A stretch of DNA of 64,000 nt. Origin: an uncultured Candidatus Saccharibacteria bacterium (GTDB lineage: Bacteria; Patescibacteriota; Dojkabacteria; SC72). This document shows positions 17,196 to 26,580 of the stretch, one piece after another. The DNA is taken from assembly GCA_964514595.1 (NCBI GenBank), contig CAZEQZ010000002.1, positions 250,898-314,897 on the forward strand, in the 5' to 3' direction. The notes beneath the pieces were generated by a model, which was not told the DNA's origin, made no database searches, and saw only the letters and a program-made list of their open reading frames with translations. Positions within the stretch are counted from its first letter, which is position 1. Each line of letters begins with the position of its first letter. A program made the position numbers and the translations under genes.

Positions 17196-18050
17196 CTATC
17201 TTTGGCTGTTTTTATAACAATCCATCACATTTAACATCAAACAAGCAATTGTCATCGGACCAACTCCGCCTGGGACTGGAGTTATGTATGACGGAATTCC
17301 TTTGACACTTTCCCAATCCACATCTCCTACTAGCTTCCCAGTTTCAGGATGCCTGTTAGAGCCAACATCTACCAATACCACACCACTCTTTAGGAAATCA
17401 CCTTTAACTAACAATGCTTTACCAGTTGCACAAACCAATATGTCCGCACTTCTTGAAACCTCCTTTATATCGACCGTATGGGAATTACAAAGTGTGACAG
17501 TTGCATTCTTTCTTAGCATCATCGCAGCCAGAGGTGTACCGATTATATTGCTGGATCCTAATATCACTACATGTTTACCAAATATCTTAATACTGTACTC
17601 TTCCAGTAACCTCATAATCCCCACGGGTGTCGCAGGAGCTATTGCAGATGGATCTTTTTGGAAAAGCTTTCCTAAATTTACAGCAGTCAAACCATCCACA
17701 TCCTTTTTTGGATCTATACTTTCCAAAACTAAATCTGTATTTATATGATCTGGTAATGGAAGCTGAACCATGAAACCATCTACTTCTGGAAACCTATTTA
17801 GTGTATCAATAAGATTTATAACATCTACTGTATTAACAGAATTATCCAAATGATGTACTTGCCCTATCATTCCAACTTCACCAGCTACCTTCTCCTTCAT
17901 CCCCACATACTTTATACTTCCGAAATCGTCACCAACTAATATCATATCTAAACGAGGGATTCTCCCCCCATCCTTTCTAATATTTTCTATATCAGAGGAC
18001 ATCCTATCCAATATTTCCTGTGCTTTCTGTTTTCCATCTAATATCTCCAT
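17196..18050 (-). CDS. folD: bifunctional methylenetetrahydrofolate dehydrogenase/cyclohydrolase
   Basis: 284 aa; FolD architecture and conserved PGGVGPMT C-terminal motif. Confidence 0.9.
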   Translation of the reverse strand: MEILDGKQKAQEILDRMSSDIENIRKDGGRIPRLDMILVGDDFGSIKYVGMKEKVAGEVGMIGQVHHLDNSVNTVDVINLIDTLNRFPEVDGFMVQLPLPDHINTDLVLESIDPKKDVDGLTAVNLGKLFQKDPSAIAPATPVGIMRLLEEYSIKIFGKHVVILGSSNIIGTPLAAMMLRKNATVTLCNSHTVDIKEVSRSADILVCATGKALLVKGDFLKSGVVLVDVGSNRHPETGKLVGDVDWESVKGIPSYITPVPGGVGPMTIACLMLNVMDCYKNSQR

Positions 18051-18052
18051 AA

Positions 18053-19867
18053 TTACTCCTTCTTATCTTCTTTAAAATTCTTATATAATTTCCCCCTTTT
18101 TCTCATTAGTTCTTCCCAGGAACCTGACTCAACTATCCCTCCATTTTCAAAATAATATATTCTGTCAAATAATTCCAGTTGATTAATACTCCTAGTTATA
18201 TATATCAAAGATCTATCTTCCCCAATAAATTTAAACATTTCCTCCAATATACTCCTAGCCGAGATATCATCTATATATGTAAAGGGCTCATCCATTAAAA
18301 ATATTTTTTTATCTCTATACAACATTCTAGCTACAGCCAACCTTTGCCAATATCCAGGGGATAGCTCTTTACCCGATGGAAATGTCTTGCCCAATATACT
18401 ACTATCCTCAACCTTGATACTTTTCTTAAAATCCTTAACACCTGCTATTTTAGACACTTTTTCATATAATTCTGTATCCACATCTTTCCTTTGTCCGGAT
18501 ATAACTACATTTTCTTTAAGACTAAAGTGATAGTTTATAAAATCCTGGAATGTAACAGCTAATTTCTTTTTTAATTGTCCTCTGTCCAAATCTTTAATAT
18601 TATATCCATCTATTAAATATTCTCCTGAGTTAACTTTATATAGTCCAGTCAATATCTTCACCGTAGTACTCTTTCCGGAACCATCTCCACCAAAAAATGC
18701 CACTCTTTCTCCCGGCTTTATTTCTATATTAAGACCTTTAAGAACTTTGGTTTCAGGATCATCGGGATATGCAAAATTCAAATTTTTAAATTCAATAGTT
18801 GGAGTTTCCTTCCCCAATTTTATATCCCCGTGGCTATAATCTCCAAATCCCTCATACTCAACTAAATGAAAAAACTCAGAAACATACGCCAAATTATTAG
18901 ACATCAGAGAGAGGGAATTAATTATATTGAATATACTTGAATACACAACATCTACATAGTCATATAGAGCCTTGAACGTACCAAAAGTTAAACCTTTAAC
19001 TATTGCAAAAAACAAGACATAGACCACATATCCAAACTTCATCACCTGACCTACTATTGAATACAGTATCTTGTCCTGAGTAAAGTTAAACTGTGTCTTT
19101 AAATATCCATCAATATATTCATCATATTCTTCCCTGAATCTCCTCTTTAAATAGGAATACACATCATTAACCCTGAGTTCAGAGAAATTAGATATTGTGA
19201 GAGAGAGATTCTGAATATAGTTAAGAAACTTAATTTTTCCAACCTCCCTGTCCTGATACTCTCTAATCCTTTTCCTTCTAATGTGCGTAGATATTGTTTC
19301 TGGCAAAACAAAGAGTAGGAGGAATAAAACACTTAATCCCATTGTTTTGAAAAGTATTATTCCGGAGCTGAAAAATCTAATTGTATTGCTTAAAATTGTT
19401 GAGAAATTCTCATACGTATCAATCATCCTAGAAAGAGAGAATGCTGGAACAAAAGTTAGCATATCCTGATACTCCTCTTTCTCAACATCTTCTAAATTAG
19501 ACGTTGATACCTTTGATATAACCATATGTTGGGTATCTTCCCACATATTTTCAAAGATAACGTGGTAGAGAAAGATTCTTGATTCACTACATATCTTCAC
19601 CACTATCCAAAGTACCAGTATAAGGGAAAGATACAAGAATGACTCTGTACCGAAGTACATCCTTAAATCGAATTCCTGCCAATTTAAAAGAATTTGAGTA
19701 GTCTCATCTATAAACTTTCCTAATATCGTAATACCGTATATCTCTGCAAAGGTAGAAATTATAAAAAGTATATCCCTTAATACTGCAGGAAGCGTATATC
19801 TAGAGTATATGAATTTTAAGACTTTGCCTAAATCCGAGATTTTTTCTTTCAATTTCTGTAAAATCAT
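18053..19867 (-). CDS. ABC transporter, fused permease/ATP-binding protein (exporter type)
   Basis: 604 aa; N-terminal 6-TM domain; Walker A GGDGSGKST, signature LSPGYWQRLAVAR, Walker B IFLMDEP. Confidence 0.85.
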   Translation of the reverse strand: MILQKLKEKISDLGKVLKFIYSRYTLPAVLRDILFIISTFAEIYGITILGKFIDETTQILLNWQEFDLRMYFGTESFLYLSLILVLWIVVKICSESRIFLYHVIFENMWEDTQHMVISKVSTSNLEDVEKEEYQDMLTFVPAFSLSRMIDTYENFSTILSNTIRFFSSGIILFKTMGLSVLFLLLFVLPETISTHIRRKRIREYQDREVGKIKFLNYIQNLSLTISNFSELRVNDVYSYLKRRFREEYDEYIDGYLKTQFNFTQDKILYSIVGQVMKFGYVVYVLFFAIVKGLTFGTFKALYDYVDVVYSSIFNIINSLSLMSNNLAYVSEFFHLVEYEGFGDYSHGDIKLGKETPTIEFKNLNFAYPDDPETKVLKGLNIEIKPGERVAFFGGDGSGKSTTVKILTGLYKVNSGEYLIDGYNIKDLDRGQLKKKLAVTFQDFINYHFSLKENVVISGQRKDVDTELYEKVSKIAGVKDFKKSIKVEDSSILGKTFPSGKELSPGYWQRLAVARMLYRDKKIFLMDEPFTYIDDISARSILEEMFKFIGEDRSLIYITRSINQLELFDRIYYFENGGIVESGSWEELMRKRGKLYKNFKEDKKE

Positions 19868-19901
19868 TAAGATATAATAACATGCAATGAAGGTATATTA
19901 A

Positions 19902-20360
19902 ATGAGAGATAATGATTATTTAGAAAATATTTTCTATGATCTTTGGGAAAATCACTTCTGTGACATTCCAAGGAGAAATATGGTGTTAATTAAATATGGG
20001 AAATTTTCCAAGAGACAGCTAGGGAGTATCAAACTTGCGAATGGGAGAACTAAAATAAAGAGACTATTGCACAGAAAGAAGGATGAATATTTGGTTCAAG
20101 ACGACAAGAGTATTACCGTCATAACTATAACTAAGTACTTCGAAAACGATGTTGTTCCTGAATATGTGGTAAGAGCAACTATAGCACATGAGCTTTGTCA
20201 CTATGCTCACGGTTTTAATTCTCCATTAGAAAAGAGGTTTGCAAATCCCCACCAAGGAAATATTATAAAAAAGGAACTACAGAAAAGAGGATTATTAGAA
20301 GAACAAAAAAGAGCTGATAGCTGGCTAAAAGAAAACTGGTTAGATATTGTATATCCTTAA
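19902..20360 (+). CDS. HExxH zinc metallopeptidase-like protein (ImmA/IrrE- or SprT/DUF45-like)
   Basis: 152 aa; motif ATIAHELCHYAHGFNSP (HExxH…H). Confidence 0.45.
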   Translation: MRDNDYLENIFYDLWENHFCDIPRRNMVLIKYGKFSKRQLGSIKLANGRTKIKRLLHRKKDEYLVQDDKSITVITITKYFENDVVPEYVVRATIAHELCHYAHGFNSPLEKRFANPHQGNIIKKELQKRGLLEEQKRADSWLKENWLDIVYP

Positions 20361-20605
20361 CTTCTGTCTTAGTTTATTTATTTTCTCCTTGGCAGAAATT
20401 ATCTCCTCTTCTTTGATATACATACCGTATTCCATTCTATACTTTATCCCTCTTAAATCATTTCTTAATTCTGAATATTCTGATTCCATAATCCTATTTT
20501 AATTCTAATTCCTTTCATTTTCCTTACAAGCAAGACTTCCGCCTCCCTATTTAAGAAACATTCTTCTATTCCATACTAGATAATATGTAAATAAAATCTA
20601 TATAT

Positions 20606-21151
20606 ATGAACAAAAACTACATTGGTGAAAATATACGACTTTACAGAGAAAGAAAAAATATTACACAAAGAGAATTAGCAGACAGAATAGGAAAAACTTG
20701 GGAAATGATTTCTAGATATGAAAGAGGTGTTAGTTCACCACTAAATCAAATGGATAATATTGCTAATGCACTAAATGTTGATGTAACTGACCTACTCAAA
20801 GATCATACTAAGAAAGGTAACGAATACTCCTTCAACAGAGTTCCTCTGTTTAACAAAATACCCAATGACCTAGATTTTATTAACACAAAATCATACATAT
20901 ACTATGTTGTACCGGATTGGATATTAGATGTTGACAGGAATTGCTTTGTTGTAGACACACAGATAATAGATATTCATATAGACGAGCTGGATAGGAAGGG
21001 ATATTTATATATATCACCAAGTAGCATCATAGACCCAGAAGACATCGTATTAGAGAGAGAAAAAGACAAGATTGTTCTCAGAAGAGCAAAGAGAAGTAAC
21101 AGTAAAAATATAATTGGGAAGGTACTATCACAAGAGATAATATTTGAATAA
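20606..21151 (+). CDS. XRE-family HTH transcriptional regulator with C-terminal S24(LexA/CI)-like non-catalytic domain
   Basis: 181 aa; N-terminal HTH NIRLYRERKNITQRELADRIGKTWEMISRYERG; C-terminal NRVPLFNKIP…VLRR resembles an S24-like fold without Ser/Lys dyad. Confidence 0.6.
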   Translation: MNKNYIGENIRLYRERKNITQRELADRIGKTWEMISRYERGVSSPLNQMDNIANALNVDVTDLLKDHTKKGNEYSFNRVPLFNKIPNDLDFINTKSYIYYVVPDWILDVDRNCFVVDTQIIDIHIDELDRKGYLYISPSSIIDPEDIVLEREKDKIVLRRAKRSNSKNIIGKVLSQEIIFE

Positions 21152-21176
21152 AAAAGGGGAGATAAACTCCCCTTCC
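21151..21176. terminator. bidirectional rho-independent terminator (AAAAAGGGGAG-ATAAA-CTCCCCTT) between the XRE gene and groEL
   Basis: Perfect 6-bp GC stem, 5-nt loop, A/T tracts on both sides; strong T-run on the groEL (minus) side. Confidence 0.6.
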
Positions 21177-21197
21177 GAATTCCAAACACCTTAAGAC

Positions 21198-22826
21198 CTA
21201 CATCATTCCTCCCATTCCTCCCATGTCTGCTCCCATTGGAACTCCCTTTTCTTTTTCCTCAGGAATATCTGCAACTACAGCCTCCGTGGTTACCAACATA
21301 GAACCAACAGATACGGCATTTGTCAAAGCCAATCTTGTAACCTTAACAGGGTCAATTATTCCCGCTTCTATCATATTTACATACTCCCCTGTCTTTGCAT
21401 TAAAACCTGTATTTCCTTTGCAGTTTGCAGCTACAACAGCACCATCCTCTCCTGCATTCTCAGCTATCTGTTTAAGAGGTTCACTCAATATACTTTTCAA
21501 AATTTCAATACCTAATTGCTCATCTCTATCCTCCATCTTAACTTTGGACAGAACCTTTTTAGCATTGTGAAGAGCTAATCCACCTCCTGCAACAACACCC
21601 TCTTCAATAGCAGCCCTAGTTGCATTGATTGCATCCTCTACTCTCATCTTCTTCTCCTTTGCTTCCACTTCAGATGCTGCTCCAACTTTAACCACTGCAA
21701 CACCTCCAGAGATTTTAGCTAATCTTTCCTGAAGCTTCTCCTTATCATAATCTGACGTAGTAGCTTCTATCTGCGCCTTTATCTCCTTGACTCTTCCATC
21801 TATATCCTTTTTACTTCCTTTACCCTCTACTACTATTGTCTTCTCTTTGGAAACTATTACCTTCTTAGCAGAACCTAAGTGTGTTAATTCTACAGACTCC
21901 AATGTTTTCCCAAGATCCTCTGATATAAATTCTGCACCTGTTAATACCGCTATATCATTCAACATATCCTTTTTTCTATCTCCGAAACCAGGAGCCTTGA
22001 CTGCTACAACATCCAATGTCCCTCTTAATTTATTAACAACAAGAGTTGCTAATGCTTGATTTTCAATATCATCTGCAATTATTACAAGTGGTCTATCTGC
22101 AGCACCTAAAACCTTTTCCGCTATAGCTTGGATATCTTGAAGATTGGAAAGCTTCTTGTCTGTAACAAATATGTATGGATTCTCCATCACAGCTTCCAAT
22201 GTTTCAGCATTTGTTACAAAGTATGGACTTACATACCCATTATCAAATTCCATTCCCTCTGTATACTCAACCTCGTCTTTAAAACCTTTTGCTTCCTCTA
22301 CCGTTATAACACCATCCCCTCCCACTTTTTCAAAAACACCACCTATCATTTCTCCAAGCTCCCTATCATTGTTTGTTGATATAGTTGCAACCTGAGCAAT
22401 TTCTTCACCATTAGAAATCTTCTTAGCCATTCTTTTAAGTTCCTCCACAACAAGCTCCGTTCCTTTGTCCAGACCTCTTTTAAGGGATATTGGATTAGAA
22501 CCAGCTGCTACATTTCTAAATCCAGAAGAAGCTATAGCTTGAGCTAATACTGTAACGGTTGTTGTTCCATCTCCTGCTACATCATTTACCTTGTTTGCTG
22601 CCTCTTTTATCATCTCAACCCCCACATTCTTAAAGGGATCTTTGTCCTCTATCTCCTTTGCCACAGTTACACCATCCTTGGTTATAACTTGCGAACCGAA
22701 GCTTTTTGCTATTGCTATGTTTCTTCCTTTAGGACCAAGGGTTGTCTTCACTGCATCAGCTATCGTATCTACACCTGCTTTCAATGCTTTCCTTGCTTCC
22801 TCGTTGTAAATAATTGATTTTGCCAT
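21198..22826 (-). CDS. groL: chaperonin GroEL (Cpn60)
   Basis: 542 aa; canonical GroEL sequence with C-terminal GGMGGMM repeat. Confidence 0.95.
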   Translation of the reverse strand: MAKSIIYNEEARKALKAGVDTIADAVKTTLGPKGRNIAIAKSFGSQVITKDGVTVAKEIEDKDPFKNVGVEMIKEAANKVNDVAGDGTTTVTVLAQAIASSGFRNVAAGSNPISLKRGLDKGTELVVEELKRMAKKISNGEEIAQVATISTNNDRELGEMIGGVFEKVGGDGVITVEEAKGFKDEVEYTEGMEFDNGYVSPYFVTNAETLEAVMENPYIFVTDKKLSNLQDIQAIAEKVLGAADRPLVIIADDIENQALATLVVNKLRGTLDVVAVKAPGFGDRKKDMLNDIAVLTGAEFISEDLGKTLESVELTHLGSAKKVIVSKEKTIVVEGKGSKKDIDGRVKEIKAQIEATTSDYDKEKLQERLAKISGGVAVVKVGAASEVEAKEKKMRVEDAINATRAAIEEGVVAGGGLALHNAKKVLSKVKMEDRDEQLGIEILKSILSEPLKQIAENAGEDGAVVAANCKGNTGFNAKTGEYVNMIEAGIIDPVKVTRLALTNAVSVGSMLVTTEAVVADIPEEKEKGVPMGADMGGMGGMM

Positions 22827-22849
22827 ATTAGTAGTACTAGTAAATTTAA

Positions 22850-23149
22850 TTATTTAATAATTGCTAAAATATCATTCATATCTAAAAGTAGATATTTTTC
22901 ATCATCCACCTCAACTTCGTCTGGAGAGTATTTCTTAAAGTACACTCTGTCTCCAACTGACACTTCAAATGTAATATCTTTTCCTTTCTCTTTACCTTCG
23001 CCCAACTTCATAATTACACCTGTTTCCGGTTTCTGATCCTCACTTGCACTAGGAGGTAATACCAAACCACCTGCTGTGGTTTCCTCGACATCATCGGGTT
23101 TTATAAGAACCCTCTTTCCTAGTGGCTGAATTTTGATACTTTTTGCCAT
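22850..23149 (-). CDS. groS: co-chaperonin GroES (Cpn10)
   Basis: 99 aa; [11 protein letters not shown]…mobile loop…; immediately upstream of groEL. Confidence 0.9.
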   Translation of the reverse strand: MAKSIKIQPLGKRVLIKPDDVEETTAGGLVLPPSASEDQKPETGVIMKLGEGKEKGKDITFEVSVGDRVYFKKYSPDEVEVDDEKYLLLDMNDILAIIK

Positions 23150-23154
23150 ATTTG

Positions 23155-23181
23155 TTTAGCAGATAAATTTAGTGATTGCCA
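23155..23181. promoter_or_regulatory. degenerate CIRCE-like HrcA operator (TTAGCAGAT-N9-GATTGCCAA), 5 nt upstream of groES start
   Basis: 13/18 match to TTAGCACTC-N9-GAGTGCTAA; the second copy, upstream of hrcA, has the same architecture. Confidence 0.5.
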
Positions 23182-23358
23182 AAGAATTGTATCATACACA
23201 CCTATGATTGTTCAAGCCATAGGGTCTGGCACAGGACCGTCCCCCAAATATCCTTACCTTGTACTATCTTTTTGCAAAACAAGAAGGTTCTTTTGGATGT
23301 TGCAACAACAAAAATATGTACAAAAACAAAACGATTTCCTCTTGTACAAAGGTCTTTA

Positions 23359-23381
23359 CGGGGACAGACCGGGGTCTGACC
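23359..23381. repeat. GC-rich hairpin GGGGACAGACC/GGGGTCTGACCC (9-bp stem, 1 mismatch) just downstream of the 23389-23970 gene; shares GGGTCTGACCC and GGACAGACC motifs with 61268-61344
   Basis: Strong local GC spike in AT-rich DNA; exact 11-mer repeated at 61268; possible terminator or protein-binding site. Confidence 0.35.
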
Positions 23382-23388
23382 CTAAACC

Positions 23389-23970
23389 CTAGCGGACACC
23401 TTTAACCACAACCCTGTCTTCCAAAAGCTCTATGTTCCTTATCTCCCTACCAAGAAACCTGTTTTCATTAACTAATATTATCGCATCAGCTATCCCCTTA
23501 TTTATATCAACCAAAGCACTTCTTCTCAGATATCTTGTAATATTTATGCTTCCCAAAAACATCTCCCTAACATACAACTCAGCCGTTTCCCTATCATCTT
23601 TAACTACATCCTGCCTTATCCACGGTAATTTTAGCGTGTTATTCCCATAGGACAAATAAACCGACCACATCCCCTTTGACGGCTTTATACAAATATCCTT
23701 CAGTACAAAAAGATCCCCCACTTCGATATTGGATTTCAAAATGGAAAGAACCTCTTCCTGTGTAAATACAATAGACTCAGTCCTGCTATCAGATACTATA
23801 AATTTCTCTATCTTCTCCTCTATCTCCAAATCGACATCAATATTACTGTAACAACGAATCTCTTCCTGTAGAAACTTTTTCTCCCAACTAACATATTTAA
23901 ACAGAAAAAATCCCACTAAGAGAAGAACCGAGACAAATAGAAACAAAAGAAAATTTTTAAATATTCTCAT
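23389..23970 (-). CDS. hypothetical membrane-anchored protein
   Basis: 193 aa; single N-terminal TM (FLLFLFVSVLLLVGFFLF); no recognisable domain. Confidence 0.4.
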   Translation of the reverse strand: MRIFKNFLLFLFVSVLLLVGFFLFKYVSWEKKFLQEEIRCYSNIDVDLEIEEKIEKFIVSDSRTESIVFTQEEVLSILKSNIEVGDLFVLKDICIKPSKGMWSVYLSYGNNTLKLPWIRQDVVKDDRETAELYVREMFLGSINITRYLRRSALVDINKGIADAIILVNENRFLGREIRNIELLEDRVVVKGVR

Positions 23971-25744
23971 CTACACCCTTAGATTTGAACAAATTACCCT
24001 TTATGTCATCAATAACATTATCTATTATCCTTATCTCCTCTATCTTAAATACCTTGCAACCGAGCCAATATGACAGAAAACCATATAATGTCGTTATTAC
24101 AGTCAATACTACTATCGAAACTGTCCTAGTTGTATCCAACTGAAAATCAAATAATTTGAAAACAAAATACATTCCTATACACATGAGAAGTGTATTAAGC
24201 AGTTTCTTAACCGTGGGGAATATACTCTCTTTCCAAGTAATAATTCTGCTCTTTATATTTAACAAGAAAATCAAAAATAACATTTCTACAAAATATGCTA
24301 AGCTAAGGCTTAGGGATAGTCCACCGACAGCCATATCTGAGTCCCCTCTCTCTGTTGACCACCTCACCACATCTTTAAGGAAAGATAGGAAAACATTAAC
24401 AAAACCTGTACCATTTGCCTGTGTGATTTGTAGAAACATTTGCTCTAATATAGGTCTCCAATCGTAGTAATGACTGAAGAAGTTAGTAAGAAGAAAGGCC
24501 AAAGATATATTGACTAATATACCTGCGGTAATAGCAATTAGAGGAAGCCATGTTTCTTTCAATGCATAGAACGCCCTCAAAAGGATTTGAACGATTGTTT
24601 GTCCCACAACGGAAAGGCTAAGAAGGACTAAACACCATGCAGTAAGTATGGTCGCTCTCCAGTCAAAAGCTCCAACACCGTACGCTAACCTTACAAGTGG
24701 TAACCTTAGAACTATCAATACTGCCACTATTGGAAATATTAAAAACAGAGAGATTTGTATAGATTTATTTAATACTTCACAAAACTTTTCTTTTTCATCA
24801 CAATTTTCTGCTAAATCAGGTAGGGCCACTTGTGCTACAGCACTTCCTATTATGTTGATTGGAAACATATGTAGGCTGAGAGCAAATTTATAGGCACTAA
24901 GAGCCCCAGCCGCTAATGAAAAACTTATCAACGTATTAACCACCACATTAATCTGTTCACCAAATATCCCAATTGTTCTTGGTATTGCTAATTTGAGAGC
25001 CCTTAAAGTATGATGGTTTCTCAGACCTTCCATCAATGTGTCAAAGCCCATCCTAAACCTCGTATCGTAGTATGTTTTAAATTTAGGTATCTGTATTAAG
25101 AAATGAAGTAAAGAGCCAATGACCGCTGATATTGCAATACCCTCTATCCCCATCTTAAAAAAAACTACTAAGACAACCGAGCCTATTATCATTGCTAGGT
25201 TGTAGAAGAGAGGAGCTAATGATGTTATAAAGAATTCTTTTCTAACTTGTAGATATCCTGTTAAAAGACTGCTAATTCCCAACAGGACAGGAGATATCAT
25301 CATTATCCTTGTTAGCATAACAAACAGTTCAAAATCATTACCATCAACTCTCTCAGCAAAGCTAAGAACATTCTGTAGTACATCTGACTCTATTAGCACT
25401 GTTGTTAATTGAGGGGTGAATACGAAGAAGAGAAGAGCTATTACTGTACAGAAAGCGGATATTATCAGAGCTAAATGATTAAAGAACTCATTTAAATACT
25501 CCTTTCCTTTTTTATGTAGGACTTCAGAAAATATAGGTATTACTGCGGCATTGATCGAACCAGCAACTAAAATCATGAACAGCATATCTGGTATTGTGAA
25601 TGCAGCCCAGAATATGTCCAATTCATGAGACACACCGAATAGCTGGGCAATAGTTCTTAATTTTAGAAAACCTAAAACCTTTGTGATGAGAAGTAGGAGC
25701 ATTACAAAGAACACACCATTTTTCTGTTTTAGAATCTTTAACAT
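23957..25744 (-). CDS. murJ: lipid II flippase MurJ (MviN family)
   Basis: 595 aa; polytopic; N-terminal LGFLKLRTIAQLFGVSHELDIFWAAFTIPDMLF matches MurJ consensus. Confidence 0.8.
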   Translation of the reverse strand: MLKILKQKNGVFFVMLLLLITKVLGFLKLRTIAQLFGVSHELDIFWAAFTIPDMLFMILVAGSINAAVIPIFSEVLHKKGKEYLNEFFNHLALIISAFCTVIALLFFVFTPQLTTVLIESDVLQNVLSFAERVDGNDFELFVMLTRIMMISPVLLGISSLLTGYLQVRKEFFITSLAPLFYNLAMIIGSVVLVVFFKMGIEGIAISAVIGSLLHFLIQIPKFKTYYDTRFRMGFDTLMEGLRNHHTLRALKLAIPRTIGIFGEQINVVVNTLISFSLAAGALSAYKFALSLHMFPINIIGSAVAQVALPDLAENCDEKEKFCEVLNKSIQISLFLIFPIVAVLIVLRLPLVRLAYGVGAFDWRATILTAWCLVLLSLSVVGQTIVQILLRAFYALKETWLPLIAITAGILVNISLAFLLTNFFSHYYDWRPILEQMFLQITQANGTGFVNVFLSFLKDVVRWSTERGDSDMAVGGLSLSLSLAYFVEMLFLIFLLNIKSRIITWKESIFPTVKKLLNTLLMCIGMYFVFKLFDFQLDTTRTVSIVVLTVITTLYGFLSYWLGCKVFKIEEIRIIDNVIDDIKGNLFKSKGVDENI

Positions 25745-25839
25745 ATTCTAGAGATTTCAGTTATGCGATTAATATCATAATTTAAACTCAACTTTTTATC
25801 AATTAATCTAAATTTAATAATTATACGAGATAATTATGT

Positions 25840-26580
25840 ATGGAATCTTTTCTCGATATTTTATTCCCCAAAAGTTGCAGTATATGTTGCAGAAAAGGAA
25901 CATATTTGTGTAACAGGTGTAAAAAGCTTTTTAAGAAGACATTACCGGAGTGTTATAAATGTAGGAGGATAAATTGCAATTATAAAACCCACAACTTTTG
26001 TAAAAGAGAGAAGGATCTAGATGCTGTATTTGTATGTTGGGAATACAATTCTCTAACCTCTGATCTCTTACGAAAGTATAAATATGGATATGTATATGAT
26101 ATTGATACAGCTTTGGTGGAGTTTGCTACAGAAAGAATAGTTGAAAGTAACTATATGGAACTACTAGAAAACACTCTTATAACAAATATACCCATATCAT
26201 CGTTGAGGTTAAGAGAAAGAGGCTTTAATCAGACATATAGTATATCTAAAAGGATATCCGAAGTTTTTGAGCTTGAGTTTAATAGTGCTTTAATAGGAAG
26301 AAAGCACAGTATTGAACACCAGGCTTTTAAGGAAAAAGACGAGAGGAAACATATGGAGGAAGAGGAGTTCTATATTTCGAAACCTCAGGATATCAACAAT
26401 TTTAGTAGTATTACTATAGTAGATGATGTAATAACTACTGGAACAACATTAGAGAATGCCTCTTACTGTCTAAAGAAATATTACGGAGAATCGTTAATAG
26501 TGAATGCTATTTGTATGTTCAGGGGAAAACCCTACTACTCTGAGTCTTCTGATTCTGAGGAAGGAGTAGGATCCTCTTGA
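25840..26580 (+). CDS. comFC: ComF family protein (double zinc ribbon plus phosphoribosyltransferase domain)
   Basis: 246 aa; N-terminal CxxC…CxxC pairs; C-terminal PRTase motif ITIVDDVITTGTTL. Confidence 0.75.
   Translation: MESFLDILFPKSCSICCRKGTYLCNRCKKLFKKTLPECYKCRRINCNYKTHNFCKREKDLDAVFVCWEYNSLTSDLLRKYKYGYVYDIDTALVEFATERIVESNYMELLENTLITNIPISSLRLRERGFNQTYSISKRISEVFELEFNSALIGRKHSIEHQAFKEKDERKHMEEEEFYISKPQDINNFSSITIVDDVITTGTTLENASYCLKKYYGESLIVNAICMFRGKPYYSESSDSEEGVGSS

Noticed and set aside
20361-20605. Small minus-strand ORFs (17-31 aa) in the pyrimidine-rich spacer upstream of the XRE gene
   Set aside because: They are too short, have no ribosome-binding context and are driven purely by purine-rich antisense composition. 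The spacer is retained only as a possible regulatory region.
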